Below are positions 8,583 to 19,021 of a stretch of 57,856 nucleotides of DNA, piece after piece (positions within the stretch are counted from its first letter, which is position 1; the number at the start of each line of letters is the position of its first letter). Under the pieces are notes generated by a model. That model was given only the letters and a program-made list of their open reading frames with translations, searched no databases and was not told where the DNA came from. The translations under genes and the position numbers were made by a program. The DNA comes from Anaerovoracaceae bacterium. Lineage in GTDB: Bacteria; Bacillota; Clostridia; Peptostreptococcales; Anaerovoracaceae. The stretch covers positions 1-57,856 of the forward strand of contig CAVHIG010000002.1 in the NCBI GenBank assembly GCA_963636105.1. The letters are read 5' to 3'.

Positions 8583-9947
8583 ATGAAAGAAAAGTTTGAG
8601 CATACTATTGATAATCTAAAGGGACATATAAAGGGATATTTTTCTGATATTTCGGGTGCTGCCTCCGAGGTGGCGAAATATTTCAAGGAGCATAAAAAAC
8701 CGAATCTCACAAAAAGGCAGAAGATAAGCTCAGTCGGTACTGTGGCAGCAGCTTTTGTGGTAGCGGCTCTTATAGCTGTGCCTGCTTTTACCTCTGATGC
8801 GGATGCTGCGGAAACGGCGGCAGATGCTGCCGAGGCGGAGCTTCAGACAGGGGCTCAGGCAGAGGCAGAGACAGAGACAGTCGAAAAGGGACAGTTTTTT
8901 ATACTCTCCGTAGACGGTGCGGATGTTGCTTTGCTTGATTCTGAGGAGACGGCGCAGGCCGCGCTCGAGGCAGTGAAGGCAAAGTTTGTCACAGAGGGTG
9001 CGGAGGTGATTTCTGCTGATTTCAAGGAAGCTGTAGAGATCAGAAGCGCTGACATAAGGCTTGATGAGGAAGGTAAACCTGATGTGAGCATTTCTTTATT
9101 TGATGACGCGGCAGCGGCAGCTTCTTATATACTGAGCGGCAGCGCTGAGCAGAAGACCTATACCGTACAGGGTGGAGACACTCTTTGGGATATAGCGGCT
9201 GCAAACGGCATCAGCGTATATGAGCTTCAGGCTATGAATCCGGAGCACGCGGATGGAAATCTTTCAATAGGCACAGTACTCAATCTCTATGAAATGCATC
9301 CGTTTGTGACGGTTGCGGTTACAGAAAAGGTGACAGAGACTCAGGAGATTCCTTATGAGACGACCTACGAAAATTCTGACAGCCTCTACAAGGGTCAGAC
9401 CTCAGTAAAGAGCGCGGGCGTAAAGGGAAGCAAGGAAGTTACCACTGAATATGTAAAGGAAAACGGAACCGTGATTTCAAGCACGGTGCTTGCTGAAAAT
9501 GTTATTTCACAGCCTGTAAATCAGGTAAGCTATGTAGGAACTGCTACGGTTCAGGTTCAGACAGGTTCCGGACAGCTTTCGGCGCCGCTTGCTACAATCA
9601 AGGTAAATTCTTCATTTGGCGCAAGCAGAGGCGGCGGCACAAGATCGCATGCGGGGGTTGATCTCGGCGGTACAAACGGCCAGGCCATCATGGCAGCGGA
9701 TTCAGGTACAGTAATCTTCTCCGGCTGGGGTCAGGGAAGTCTCGGATATACTGTAAAAATCGACCATGGCAATGGACTTACAACGGTATATGCACATTGC
9801 AGCGCACTCTACGTATCCTACGGGCAGAATGTTTCAAAGGGTGAAGTAATCGCGGCTGTCGGCAAGACCGGAAATGCTACAGGTTATCTGCTTCATTTTG
9901 AGGTAAGGCAAAACGGCGTAGCGAAGAACCCTATGAACTATTTGTAA
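8583..9947 (+). CDS. Membrane-anchored LysM + G5 + M23 (LytM-type) peptidoglycan endopeptidase
   Basis: TM anchor, then an A/E-rich linker. LysM motif YTVQGGDTLWDIAAANGISVYELQAMNP. G5-like segment (ETTYENSDSLYKGQTSVKSAGVKGSKE). M23 motifs HAGVDLGG and HLHFEV-like LLHFEVRQNG. Confidence 0.85.
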   Translation: MKEKFEHTIDNLKGHIKGYFSDISGAASEVAKYFKEHKKPNLTKRQKISSVGTVAAAFVVAALIAVPAFTSDADAAETAADAAEAELQTGAQAEAETETVEKGQFFILSVDGADVALLDSEETAQAALEAVKAKFVTEGAEVISADFKEAVEIRSADIRLDEEGKPDVSISLFDDAAAAASYILSGSAEQKTYTVQGGDTLWDIAAANGISVYELQAMNPEHADGNLSIGTVLNLYEMHPFVTVAVTEKVTETQEIPYETTYENSDSLYKGQTSVKSAGVKGSKEVTTEYVKENGTVISSTVLAENVISQPVNQVSYVGTATVQVQTGSGQLSAPLATIKVNSSFGASRGGGTRSHAGVDLGGTNGQAIMAADSGTVIFSGWGQGSLGYTVKIDHGNGLTTVYAHCSALYVSYGQNVSKGEVIAAVGKTGNATGYLLHFEVRQNGVAKNPMNYL

Positions 9948-10015
9948 TTTTCAAGGCATATAAAACATACCAGAAAAGGAAAAATCCGGAATTCTGATGT
10001 TCAAAATATTTCTCC

Positions 10016-10044
10016 TTGTCAAGCGACTGAAAAAATGGTAATAT
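10016..10044 (+). promoter_or_regulatory. Extended -10 promoter for the CYTH gene
   Basis: TTGTCA (10016-10021), 17 nt, TGgTAATAT with the -10 at 10039-10044. Confidence 0.55.
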
Positions 10045-10094
10045 AGTGAGACGTGGGTAGATAAATATCTGAAAGAGAGAAAAGGAATACCAGG

Positions 10095-10721
10095 ATGGAA
10101 ATTGAATTAAAATATGCGATCGCAGATAAGGAGACTTCTGAAAGGATTTGGAATGATCCGAAGCTTGCGGCTATGGAGGAAGAGGATTCCCGCGAGAAGC
10201 TGCTGATGAAATCAGTCTACTTTGATACGGAGGATTTTGACCTGTCCCGTAAGGATATAGCCTTTCGCATCAGAGTCGAGGGTGAAAGAACGGTCGCTTC
10301 ACTTAAGTGGAATGGTACAAACGACGGAGCTCTTCATACGAGACAGGAGATAAATGTACCTGTAAAAGATGATTCTTGCTTGATATTGCCGGATCCGTCT
10401 ATTTTTAAGGAAAGCGATGTCGGCATGGAGATTCTCGAGTTTATAGGTGACAAGCAGCTTGTTGGAATCGTAGAGATGACAATAATGAGAAAGCGTATGC
10501 GCCTGGATACAGGCAAGAGCATAATAGAGGTTTCTGTAGACAATGGCGAGATCAATACAGATAAGGGTAGCGTGCCGATCTGTGAGGTTGAGCTTGAGCT
10601 ATTTACCGGAAATTGCGATGAGCTTCTGCAAATTGGCGAATGTCTCGCGAAGACCTATAATCTTTTGCCGGAAAAGAAAAGCAAGTATGCGAGAGGCCTT
10701 GCGCTTTTGGAGCAAAATTAG
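10095..10721 (+). CDS. CYTH-domain protein (triphosphate tunnel metalloenzyme family)
   Basis: The N-terminal EIELKY signature and alternating beta-strand pattern fit CYTH. No CHAD domain is attached. Confidence 0.75.
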   Translation: MEIELKYAIADKETSERIWNDPKLAAMEEEDSREKLLMKSVYFDTEDFDLSRKDIAFRIRVEGERTVASLKWNGTNDGALHTRQEINVPVKDDSCLILPDPSIFKESDVGMEILEFIGDKQLVGIVEMTIMRKRMRLDTGKSIIEVSVDNGEINTDKGSVPICEVELELFTGNCDELLQIGECLAKTYNLLPEKKSKYARGLALLEQN

Positions 10722-10809
10722 TCATTTTGTGCCGATTTTCGGTGCTTGGCAGGCAGAAAACAGCCAAAAGAGCCTGATGATTTGTAAAAAAAGACAATAA
10801 AACATCTAT

Positions 10810-10833
10810 GGACCGCCTTTGACGGTCCTTTTT
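10810..10833 (+). terminator. Rho-independent terminator after the CYTH gene
   Basis: GGACCG cctttga CGGTCC followed by TTTTT. Confidence 0.7.
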
Positions 10834-11017
10834 CATATCTTTCAGATAAAAAATACCTAAAAACCCGCTTTTTTTATCTATTTAAGAGTGAAAATTGTTT
10901 ACTTTTTACCAAAAGGGTGGTATGATAAATTGGTATGCGTATCAGAAAGCATACATTGCGAGCTAGTTTTAAAAACAAAAGAAAAAACTGTTTTAATATA
11001 TTAGGAGGAAATATCTA

Positions 11018-12307
11018 ATGAAAGCAACATTTATTTCAAAAGAAGGAAACGACGCAAAGTTTAGCATGGAGTTTTCCGCAGAGGAATTTGAGGCAGCCAT
11101 TATCAAGGCTTATCAGGAGACAAAGGAAAAGTATGTGATCGACGGCTTCAGAAAGGGCAAGGCTCCGAGAAAGCTTATCGAGGCTCATTACGGTGAGGGC
11201 GTATTCTTTGAGGACGCTATAGACGCACTTTTCTCAGAAAACTATGGTGCTGCTGTTGAAGAGCTCAAGCTTGATATCATAGACAGCCCTAGACTTGACT
11301 TCTCACAGCTTAAGAAGGGCGAGGGCTTTACTATAACAGTTACTGTAGAGACTTATCCTGAATTTGAAGTATCAGGCTATAAGGGCGTAGAGCTCACAAA
11401 GACAGTAAAGGAAGTTACTGACGAGGATGTACAGAAGGATATCGAAGCTATACAGAAGAGAAATTCCAGAATGGTGCTCGTAGAGAGACCTGCGCAGGAC
11501 GGAGATACTGTACTTTTGGACTATAAGGGCTTCGTAGGCGAAAATCAGTTTGAGGGCGGCACAGCAGAGCGTTTTGAGCTCAAGCTCGGCTCCGGCATGT
11601 TTATCCCTGGCTTTGAAGAGCAGCTTGTAGGCGTATCCGCCGGCGAGTCAAAGGATGTAGTCGTAACCTTCCCTGAGGAATATCATTCACCTGATCTCGC
11701 AGGCAAGGAAGCTGTATTCAAGTGCCTTCTCCACGAAATCAAGGAAGAGCAGTTTGACGAGATCAACGACGACTTCGCAAAGGATGTAAGCGATTTCGAT
11801 ACTTTAGAGGAACTCAAGGCTGACACAAAGGCAAAGCTCGAAAAGCAGGCCGAGGAAGTTTCCGTAATACAGCTGAAAAATGATGCTATAGAAGCTGCAC
11901 TCGCTGTAAATGACATAACAGTACCAAAGGCAATGGCAGAAGGCGAGATCGATCGCACTTTGAGAGAATTTGATCAGCAGCTCAGATATCAGGGTTTGAC
12001 TCTTGAAAACTATCTGCAGTTCATCCAGAAGGACGCGGCTGAATTCAGAGACGAGATCAGAGAGGAATGCACAAAGAGAGTAAAGATCAGAATGCTGCTT
12101 TCAAAGATAGCAGAGCAGGAGAAGCTCGAGGCTTCCGAGGAGGATATCGACAAGCAGTTTGAGGCAATGGCTGCTCAGTACAATCTCGAGGCTGACAAGG
12201 TTAAGGAAATGATCGGTGAGGACGGAAAGAAGATGATCGAAGACGATCTGAAGCTTTCAAAGGCTGCTGACTTCATATATGACAATGCAAATATAAAGGA
12301 AGCATAG
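11018..12307 (+). CDS. tig: Trigger factor
   Basis: 429 aa. The N-terminal ribosome-binding motif GFRKGKAP and a central FKBP-like domain (FIPGFEEQLVG). Confidence 0.95.
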   Translation: MKATFISKEGNDAKFSMEFSAEEFEAAIIKAYQETKEKYVIDGFRKGKAPRKLIEAHYGEGVFFEDAIDALFSENYGAAVEELKLDIIDSPRLDFSQLKKGEGFTITVTVETYPEFEVSGYKGVELTKTVKEVTDEDVQKDIEAIQKRNSRMVLVERPAQDGDTVLLDYKGFVGENQFEGGTAERFELKLGSGMFIPGFEEQLVGVSAGESKDVVVTFPEEYHSPDLAGKEAVFKCLLHEIKEEQFDEINDDFAKDVSDFDTLEELKADTKAKLEKQAEEVSVIQLKNDAIEAALAVNDITVPKAMAEGEIDRTLREFDQQLRYQGLTLENYLQFIQKDAAEFRDEIREECTKRVKIRMLLSKIAEQEKLEASEEDIDKQFEAMAAQYNLEADKVKEMIGEDGKKMIEDDLKLSKAADFIYDNANIKEA

Positions 12308-12346
12308 AAAGAGTAAGTATAGAGCAAAAACAAGGGGGAATTCATT

Positions 12347-12928
12347 ATGGCACTGATACCATATGTAATAGAGCAGACGAGAAACGGAGAACGCTCATAT
12401 GACATATATTCAAGGCTTCTCAAGGACAGAATAATTTTTCTGGGTGAGGCTATTGACGACAATGTCGCCAGCATCGTGGTAGCGCAGCTCCTCTTTCTTG
12501 AAGCTGAGGATCCGGAAAAGGATATATGCATATATATCAATAGCCCGGGTGGCTCGGTGAGTGCCGGTATGGCTATCTATGACACAATGCAATATATAAA
12601 GCCGGATGTATCTACGATTTGCGTAGGTATGGCCGCGAGCATGGGAGCATTTTTGCTCTCTGCGGGGACGAAGGGAAAGCGTATGGCACTTCCGAATGCT
12701 GAGATTATGATACACCAACCACTGGGCGGTGCGAGCGGTCAGGCATCGGATATAAAGATACACGCGGATCACATAATAAAGACTCGCGAAAAGTTGAACA
12801 GAATCATCAGCGCAAATACCGGTCAGGAGCTTTCCAAGGTGGAAAGGGATACTGACAGGGATAATTACATGAGCGCGGCTGAGGCTATGGAATACGGGCT
12901 CATAGACAAAGTGATAGAAAAGCGTTAG
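12347..12928 (+). CDS. clpP: ATP-dependent Clp protease proteolytic subunit
   Basis: [11 protein letters not shown] (Ser) and MIHQPLGG (His) catalytic motifs. Confidence 0.95.
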   Translation: MALIPYVIEQTRNGERSYDIYSRLLKDRIIFLGEAIDDNVASIVVAQLLFLEAEDPEKDICIYINSPGGSVSAGMAIYDTMQYIKPDVSTICVGMAASMGAFLLSAGTKGKRMALPNAEIMIHQPLGGASGQASDIKIHADHIIKTREKLNRIISANTGQELSKVERDTDRDNYMSAAEAMEYGLIDKVIEKR

Positions 12929-12945
12929 CGAGGGGGCATATTCAG

Positions 12946-14247
12946 ATGGCAAAATATGATGACAATAGAGATATAAGGTGCTCCTTCTGCGGAAAGCCGT
13001 ATGAGCAAATGGGGAATTTTGTGACAGGACCTGACGTATACATCTGTGAGGACTGCATCCGCCTTTGCAATGACATCATCGCTCAGATTCATTATGATAA
13101 TGAGCAAACAGCGCAGGCTGGCGGCGAGACGCGAGGCGGCGAGGGAAAGAAGGCTTTTTCCCTGCCAAAGCCAAAGGAAATCGCTGCGGCTCTTTCGGAT
13201 TACGTAATAGGCCAAGACGACGCAAAGAAGGCGCTTGCGGTAGCTGTATATAATCACTACAAAAGAATAAATAATCTGTCCGCCAAGGATGATGATGTGG
13301 AGCTTCAAAAGAGCAACATCATCATGCTTGGACCTACAGGCTCCGGAAAGACCTTGCTTGCTCAGACTCTGGCAAAGATACTCGACGTGCCTTTTGCTAT
13401 AGCGGATGCTACGGCACTTACGGAAGCAGGTTATGTGGGCGAGGATGTGGAAAATATCCTTTTGAAGCTTATCCAGGCAGCGGACTGGGATATAGAAAAG
13501 GCTCAAAAGGGTATAGTATATGTGGATGAGATAGATAAGATCGCTCGCAAGTCGGACAATCCTTCCATTACGAGGGATGTCTCGGGCGAGGGCGTACAGC
13601 AGGCGCTCCTTAAGATTCTTGAGGGCACGGTTGCGAGTGTGCCTCCTCAGGGCGGCAGAAAGCATCCGCATCAGGATTTTATACAATTTGATACGACAAA
13701 TGTGCTCTTTATATGCGGCGGAGCCTTTGACGGAATGGATAAGGTTATACAGAGGCGCATAGGAGAAAAGACGATAGGCTTCAATTCTGACATGAAGGTG
13801 AATAAGCCGGAGACCTCAGATGTATTGAAGCTCATTCAGTCGGAGGATTTGCTGAAATACGGCCTTATACCGGAATTTATAGGCAGACTTCCTGTGATCG
13901 TCACGTTGCAGGAGCTTTCGAGAGAGGCTTTGGTGAGCATAATTACAGAACCGAAAAATGCTCTCGCAAAGCAATACAAAAAGCTCTTCAAAATGGACGA
14001 TGTGGAGCTTGTGCTTGAGAATGGAGCTGTAGAGAGCATAGCAGACAAGGCTATAGAGAGAAAAACCGGTGCGCGAGGTCTGCGCAGTATAATGGAAAAG
14101 GTCATGAAGGATATCATGTACGAGATACCTTCGCGCAGTGATGTAAAGAAATGCATCATTACGAAGGATACCATAGAAAAGGAAGAAAGACCTACACTGG
14201 TGCTGGCAGAAGCACAGGACGACAGAATAAATGCAGAAGCATCGTAA
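12946..14247 (+). CDS. clpX: ATP-dependent Clp protease ATP-binding subunit ClpX
   Basis: C4 zinc finger CSFCGK..CEDC, Walker A GPTGSGKT, Walker B VYVDEIDK. Confidence 0.95.
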   Translation: MAKYDDNRDIRCSFCGKPYEQMGNFVTGPDVYICEDCIRLCNDIIAQIHYDNEQTAQAGGETRGGEGKKAFSLPKPKEIAAALSDYVIGQDDAKKALAVAVYNHYKRINNLSAKDDDVELQKSNIIMLGPTGSGKTLLAQTLAKILDVPFAIADATALTEAGYVGEDVENILLKLIQAADWDIEKAQKGIVYVDEIDKIARKSDNPSITRDVSGEGVQQALLKILEGTVASVPPQGGRKHPHQDFIQFDTTNVLFICGGAFDGMDKVIQRRIGEKTIGFNSDMKVNKPETSDVLKLIQSEDLLKYGLIPEFIGRLPVIVTLQELSREALVSIITEPKNALAKQYKKLFKMDDVELVLENGAVESIADKAIERKTGARGLRSIMEKVMKDIMYEIPSRSDVKKCIITKDTIEKEERPTLVLAEAQDDRINAEAS

Positions 14248-14310
14248 AAAGATAAGACGGGCGGCCTTTTTGGGTCGCCTGCTTGCAAATAGAGAGAGGA
14301 TGCGATAGAG

Positions 14311-16692
14311 ATGGATGAATTTAAAAATAATTTTGAAAACGAAAACGAGGAAAGAGACCCTGAGTCTGGTGCTCCCGAGGAAGAGGAGATTAGGCAGTTT
14401 ACGCTGCCCCTGATACCGCTTCGCGGAATGTCGATTTTCCCGGACATCGTGATTCATTTTGACATAGGAAGAGAAAAATCGCTTATGGCGCTTGAGCAGG
14501 CTATGGTGCAGGATCAGCGCGTATTTTTGGTGACCCAAAAGGATGAGACTATGGAGCTTCCGACTCCGGATGATTTTTATCATGTGGGTACGATAGCGAA
14601 GATAAAGCAGATGCTCAAGCTTCCGGGAGATTCGACAAGAGTCCTTGTAGAGGGCATATGCCGTGCGGAGATTGAGGAGATTTTGGAGGAGCCGGCATAT
14701 TTCAAATGCAGAGTAAATGTGCTTGATGAATATGAATCGAACCCCACGCTGACGGAGGCGTTTATGCGTGCGGTGAAGAGCAGCTTTGAAGAGTATCTGG
14801 ATGTAAATCCGAGACTCCCAAAGGAGATATTTGCTTCGATTCTTGCTATAGATGACGCGGCGCAGCTTGCGGATACAATAGCTGCGCATATAAATATCAA
14901 GCTTGAGGATAAGCAGGCAATACTTGAGTCTTTGATTGTCGACGAGCGTCTGCGCAAGCTCAATGATATCCTTATGGAGCAGATAGAAATACTTACGCTG
15001 CAGAGAGATATAAGCGCAAAGGTAAAGTCGCAGATAGACAAGTCACAAAAGGAGTATTATCTGCGTGAGCAAATGCGCGTGATAGAGCAGGAGCTTGGTA
15101 TAGATGAGGATATTCAGGATGAGATAGATGCCTGGAAGGCGGAGATAAAGAAAAAGAAGATCCCCGCGAAGATAGCTGAAAAGCTGGAGAAGGAGATAAA
15201 TCGTCTTTCGAAGCTGCAGGCGAATTCGGCGGAGAGCAGTGTGGCTCACACGTATATAGAGACCATCATATCCTTGCCTTGGAATAAGTCTTCAAAGGCC
15301 GCGCTCAATATGAAAAAGGCTGAGGAGATACTTGACGAGGATCATTACGGGCTTGAGAAGGTCAAGGAGAGGGTGCTTGAGTATTTGGCGGTTGTACAGC
15401 TTTCAAAGGGTCTAAAAGGGCCTATACTCTGCCTTGTAGGGCCTCCGGGAGTCGGCAAGACGTCGGTGGCGCGCTCGATCGCGAGAGCTTGCGGCAGGGA
15501 TTTTGTGCGCATGTCGCTCGGTGGTGTGCGCGATGAGGCGGAGATAAGAGGTCATAGAAGGACATATATCGGAGCTATACCCGGTCGCGTGATTACATCT
15601 ATAAAGGAATGCGGTACAAATAATCCGGTATTCCTCTTTGATGAGGTGGATAAAATCGGTGCGGATTTCAAGGGAGATCCGGCCTCGGCGCTTTTGGAGG
15701 TGCTGGATCCTGAGCAAAACAAGGAATTTACGGATCACTATTTGGAGGTGCCTTTCGATCTTTCAAAGGTAATGTTTATCACTACGGCAAATACGACTGA
15801 TACCATTCCGCGTCCGCTCCTTGACAGGATGGAGGTCATCAATGTGGCCGGATATACGGAAGAGGAGAAGCTCAAGATAGCGCAAAAATATCTTATTCCG
15901 AAAAAAATTAAGGAACATGGCCTCAAAGAGAAAAATTTGGAATTTTCAGAAGCCGCTATTCGTGATATAATAAATTATTACACGGCGGAATCCGGTGTAA
16001 GAAATCTTGAGAGAGAAATTGCGAATATCTGCCGCAAGGTGGCCAGAAAGACCGTTACGGACGGAGAGAAAGAATTCAAGATCGGCTCAAAGCAGGTAGA
16101 AGGCTATCTTGGAAAGAAAAAATACAGATATGATATCATAGAGGGCGAAAATGAAATAGGCGTGACGACGGGTCTTGCCTGGACTATCGTGGGCGGCACG
16201 ACGCTTTCCATAGAGGCGAGCGTGCTTCCGGGAAGCGGCAGGCTTTCGCTCACAGGACAGCTTGGTGATGTAATGCAGGAGTCGGCAAAGGCCGGCATAA
16301 GCTATATACGCTCAGTGGCTGATACCCTCGGAATAAGAGAAGACTTTTACAAGACGCAGGATTTGCATATACACATTCCGGAGGGCGCTACTCCAAAGGA
16401 CGGGCCTTCTGCCGGTGTGACTATGTGCACGGCGATGATATCCGCGCTCACCGGACGACCGGTGAAGAAGGATGTCGCTATGACCGGCGAAATTACCTTA
16501 AGGGGAAAAGTACTTCCGGTAGGCGGTATAAGGGAAAAGGTGCTGGCTGCGCATAGAGCGGGCATCAAGAAAATCCTGCTCCCTAAGGCCAATGAGAGGG
16601 ATATAGATGACATTCCTGCAAATGTTAGGAAAAAATTGGAATTTGTGCTTATTTCAAATGTGGATGAAGCACTGGAACAGGCACTTGTATAG
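14311..16692 (+). CDS. lon: Lon protease (LonA type)
   Basis: Lon N-domain, Walker A GPPGVGKTS, and protease Ser motif PKDGPSAG. It carries an acidic N-terminal extension of about 25 aa. Confidence 0.95.
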   Translation: MDEFKNNFENENEERDPESGAPEEEEIRQFTLPLIPLRGMSIFPDIVIHFDIGREKSLMALEQAMVQDQRVFLVTQKDETMELPTPDDFYHVGTIAKIKQMLKLPGDSTRVLVEGICRAEIEEILEEPAYFKCRVNVLDEYESNPTLTEAFMRAVKSSFEEYLDVNPRLPKEIFASILAIDDAAQLADTIAAHINIKLEDKQAILESLIVDERLRKLNDILMEQIEILTLQRDISAKVKSQIDKSQKEYYLREQMRVIEQELGIDEDIQDEIDAWKAEIKKKKIPAKIAEKLEKEINRLSKLQANSAESSVAHTYIETIISLPWNKSSKAALNMKKAEEILDEDHYGLEKVKERVLEYLAVVQLSKGLKGPILCLVGPPGVGKTSVARSIARACGRDFVRMSLGGVRDEAEIRGHRRTYIGAIPGRVITSIKECGTNNPVFLFDEVDKIGADFKGDPASALLEVLDPEQNKEFTDHYLEVPFDLSKVMFITTANTTDTIPRPLLDRMEVINVAGYTEEEKLKIAQKYLIPKKIKEHGLKEKNLEFSEAAIRDIINYYTAESGVRNLEREIANICRKVARKTVTDGEKEFKIGSKQVEGYLGKKKYRYDIIEGENEIGVTTGLAWTIVGGTTLSIEASVLPGSGRLSLTGQLGDVMQESAKAGISYIRSVADTLGIREDFYKTQDLHIHIPEGATPKDGPSAGVTMCTAMISALTGRPVKKDVAMTGEITLRGKVLPVGGIREKVLAAHRAGIKKILLPKANERDIDDIPANVRKKLEFVLISNVDEALEQALV

Positions 16693-16699
16693 GTAGTTT

Positions 16700-17287
16700 A
16701 TGATCATAAAAAAAGCAGAGCTGCAGGCGGTTGCAGTGAAAAAAAGTCAATATCCGGAAGACAATATGCCGGAGGTGGCCTTTGCGGGTCGTTCAAATGT
16801 GGGCAAATCCTCACTTCTGAACCTGCTCACAAACAGAAAAAAGCTTGCGAAGGTGAGCGGCACTCCGGGTAAGACGCGTACGATAAATTTCTATCTCATA
16901 AATGATGAATTTCGCATCGTGGATCTGCCGGGCTATGGCTACGCAAAGGTATCAAAGTCCATGTCCGAGGATTGGGGCGCCATGATGGAGGCTTATTTGC
17001 AAGGCAGAAACGGCCTTCGTAAGGTGATTCAGCTTGTGGACATACGCCACGCGCCGAGTGCGCAGGATGTTCAGATGTACGAATATCTAAAGCACTATGG
17101 ACTCGATGGTATAGTCGTGGCCACAAAGTGCGACAAGGTATCTAAGAATGAATTGGCAAAGTGCAAGAGTATCATAAAAAAGACGCTCGGGATGGGTCCT
17201 GAGGACAGGATAATAGCCATATCATCGCTTAAAAGAACGGGTCAGGAGGAGCTGCTCAACGTGCTCGAGGACATCGTAAGTGTGTGA
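16700..17287 (+). CDS. engB: Ribosome-biogenesis GTPase YihA/YsxC
   Basis: G1 GRSNVGKSS, G3 DLPGYG, G4 TKCDK. Its position after lon is as in Bacillus. Confidence 0.9.
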   Translation: MIIKKAELQAVAVKKSQYPEDNMPEVAFAGRSNVGKSSLLNLLTNRKKLAKVSGTPGKTRTINFYLINDEFRIVDLPGYGYAKVSKSMSEDWGAMMEAYLQGRNGLRKVIQLVDIRHAPSAQDVQMYEYLKHYGLDGIVVATKCDKVSKNELAKCKSIIKKTLGMGPEDRIIAISSLKRTGQEELLNVLEDIVSV

Positions 17288-17309
17288 ATGGCAGAAATAG
17301 GGGTAGAAT

Positions 17310-17636
17310 ATGCACTGGATAGGCTTTAGGGTAATTTTGAGACGCATAAAGGCTATAAAATTCATGATGCTGGATAAGAAGGTTCCACTGCGCAAAAAGG
17401 CTCTTGTGGTATTCGGCATCATCTATCTTCTGCTGCCTGTCGATATAATACCTGTGGTGATATTTCCGCTGGCATGGCTGGATGATCTCGTTTTGTGGAT
17501 CTGGATTTTGTGGCATTTGCGGGATACACTCGATGCTTATTGGATAGGTGAAAAGTCTATGGACCTTTCAAAGACATATCGAAACAAGACCGTTATAGAT
17601 GATGTTGATTTCAAAGTTGAAAATGATAAGGAGTAA
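17310..17636 (+). CDS. DUF1232 (YkvA-like) membrane protein
   Basis: LLPVDIIPVVIFPLAWLDD matches the P-x-D-x-IP...DD motif of DUF1232. Confidence 0.6.
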   Translation: MHWIGFRVILRRIKAIKFMMLDKKVPLRKKALVVFGIIYLLLPVDIIPVVIFPLAWLDDLVLWIWILWHLRDTLDAYWIGEKSMDLSKTYRNKTVIDDVDFKVENDKE

Positions 17637-17639
17637 GAC

Positions 17640-18197
17640 GTGGAGAAGGAAACTATCGGAAAAGTAATGATCACCGAGGAAGAGATAAGGGAGCGCGCAA
17701 AGGAGATAGGCGCAATTATCTCAAAGGATTATGCCGGCGAGGAAGTACTCATGGTGGGTATACTCAAGGGAGCCATCATGTGGATGGGCGAAGTCATCAA
17801 GCATGTTACCGTGCCTGTCACTCTTGATTTTATGGTTGTTTCCAGCTATGGAGCTTCCACAAAGTCCTCAGGTATAGTAAAGATTGTAAAGGATCTCGAT
17901 GTGGATATAGAGGACAAAAATGTCATCATAGTTGAGGATATTGTGGATTCCGGCATTACTCTTCACTATCTTAAGGGCTATCTGGACGCAAGACGCGCAA
18001 AAACAGTAAAGATCTGCTCCCTCCTTGATAAGCCTGAGGGCAGGAGAGTAGAGCTTCAGGCTGATTATGTGGGTTTTGAGGTGGATGATCGCTTTATAAT
18101 AGGATATGGACTTGACTACAATCAGAAATACAGAAATCTGCCATATATAAGCTATCTTGAAGGTACAGAAAAAGAGAGAATATTGGAAAAGGAATAA
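17640..18197 (+). CDS. hpt: Hypoxanthine phosphoribosyltransferase
   Basis: PRPP-binding motif VIIVEDIVDSGITL. GTG start 6 nt after AAGGAG. Confidence 0.9.
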   Translation: MEKETIGKVMITEEEIRERAKEIGAIISKDYAGEEVLMVGILKGAIMWMGEVIKHVTVPVTLDFMVVSSYGASTKSSGIVKIVKDLDVDIEDKNVIIVEDIVDSGITLHYLKGYLDARRAKTVKICSLLDKPEGRRVELQADYVGFEVDDRFIIGYGLDYNQKYRNLPYISYLEGTEKERILEKE

Positions 18198-18257
18198 AAG
18201 CCTTTTCTTAATATATTATAAGAATTTATAAGAGAGGATATAAGGAGGAACCAAGAA

Positions 18258-18833
18258 ATGGGTTACAAAGTACAGATTGGTTTGTCAAACAAGCATTTGC
18301 ATTTGCAGGAAGATCACATCGAGGCACTTTTCGGAAAGGGTCACAAGCTGACTCCGAAGAAGGATCTTGTACAGCCTGGTCAGTTTGCCTGTGAAGAGGT
18401 TGTAGACATCGTAGGACCAAAGAAGACACTCAAAAATGTAAGAGTGCTCGGACCTGCTCGTAAGGAGACACAGGTAGAGCTTGCTCTGACTGACGCAAGA
18501 ACTATAGGCATCAAGGCTCCGATCAGAGAGTCCGGAAAGCTTGAGGGCACTCCTGGCTGCAAGCTTATCGGCCCTGCGGGAGAAGTAGAGCTTGACCACG
18601 GTGTAATCGCTGCTCTGAGACACGTACATCTTTCAGCTGCGGAAGCAGAGGAAGCAGGCGTAAAGGACAAGGAGTGGGTATCCATCAAGATCGAAGGCGA
18701 GAGAGGACTCATCTTTGACAACGTACTCATTAGAGCAGGTGAAGGCCACAAGAGAGAATGTCATCTGGATACAGACGAAGGAAACGCAGCAGGTTGCGGT
18801 CCTGATGCAGTCTGTGAGATCATCAAGAAATAG
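18258..18833 (+). CDS. pduL: Phosphate propanoyl/acetyl-transferase PduL
   Basis: Two PduL repeats (SNKHLHLQEDHIEALFG.. and LRHVHLSAAEAEEAG..) and typical size. No pdu/BMC genes are nearby. Confidence 0.85.
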   Translation: MGYKVQIGLSNKHLHLQEDHIEALFGKGHKLTPKKDLVQPGQFACEEVVDIVGPKKTLKNVRVLGPARKETQVELALTDARTIGIKAPIRESGKLEGTPGCKLIGPAGEVELDHGVIAALRHVHLSAAEAEEAGVKDKEWVSIKIEGERGLIFDNVLIRAGEGHKRECHLDTDEGNAAGCGPDAVCEIIKK

Positions 18834-18895
18834 CTTGTATGATTCGACAAGCCTGACCGGGCAAATATCCGGCGGCAAAGAACAAAATACAAAAA

Positions 18896-18927
18896 CAGCG
18901 ACAGTTGCGAAAACTGCCGCTGTTTTT
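18896..18927 (+). terminator. Rho-independent terminator after pduL
   Basis: CAGCGACAGTT gcgaa AACTGCCGCTG with one internal mismatch, followed by TTTTT. Confidence 0.6.
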
Positions 18928-18955
18928 GCGTTTTTCACAAATTTGCGTGAAGCGC

Positions 18956-19002
18956 TTGACAGTTTTGTGTTATAGGTGTACAATCGACTTATTGTATACA
19001 AT
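18956..19002 (+). promoter_or_regulatory. Promoter plus palindromic candidate GntR operator
   Basis: TTGACA (18956-18961), 17 nt, TACAAT (18979-18984). The perfect 12-bp palindrome ATTGTATACAAT (18991-19002) lies at the predicted transcript start. TGTACA overlaps the -10. Confidence 0.6.
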
Positions 19003-19021
19003 AAGGAGGTAAAAGGCCGAC

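Noticed and set aside
12308-14310. CtsR boxes or CIRCE (TTAGCACTC-N9-GAGTGCTAA) controlling clpP, clpX and lon.
   Set aside because: The spacers are 17-63 nt and contain no such repeats. The genes look co-transcribed from the tig promoter region.
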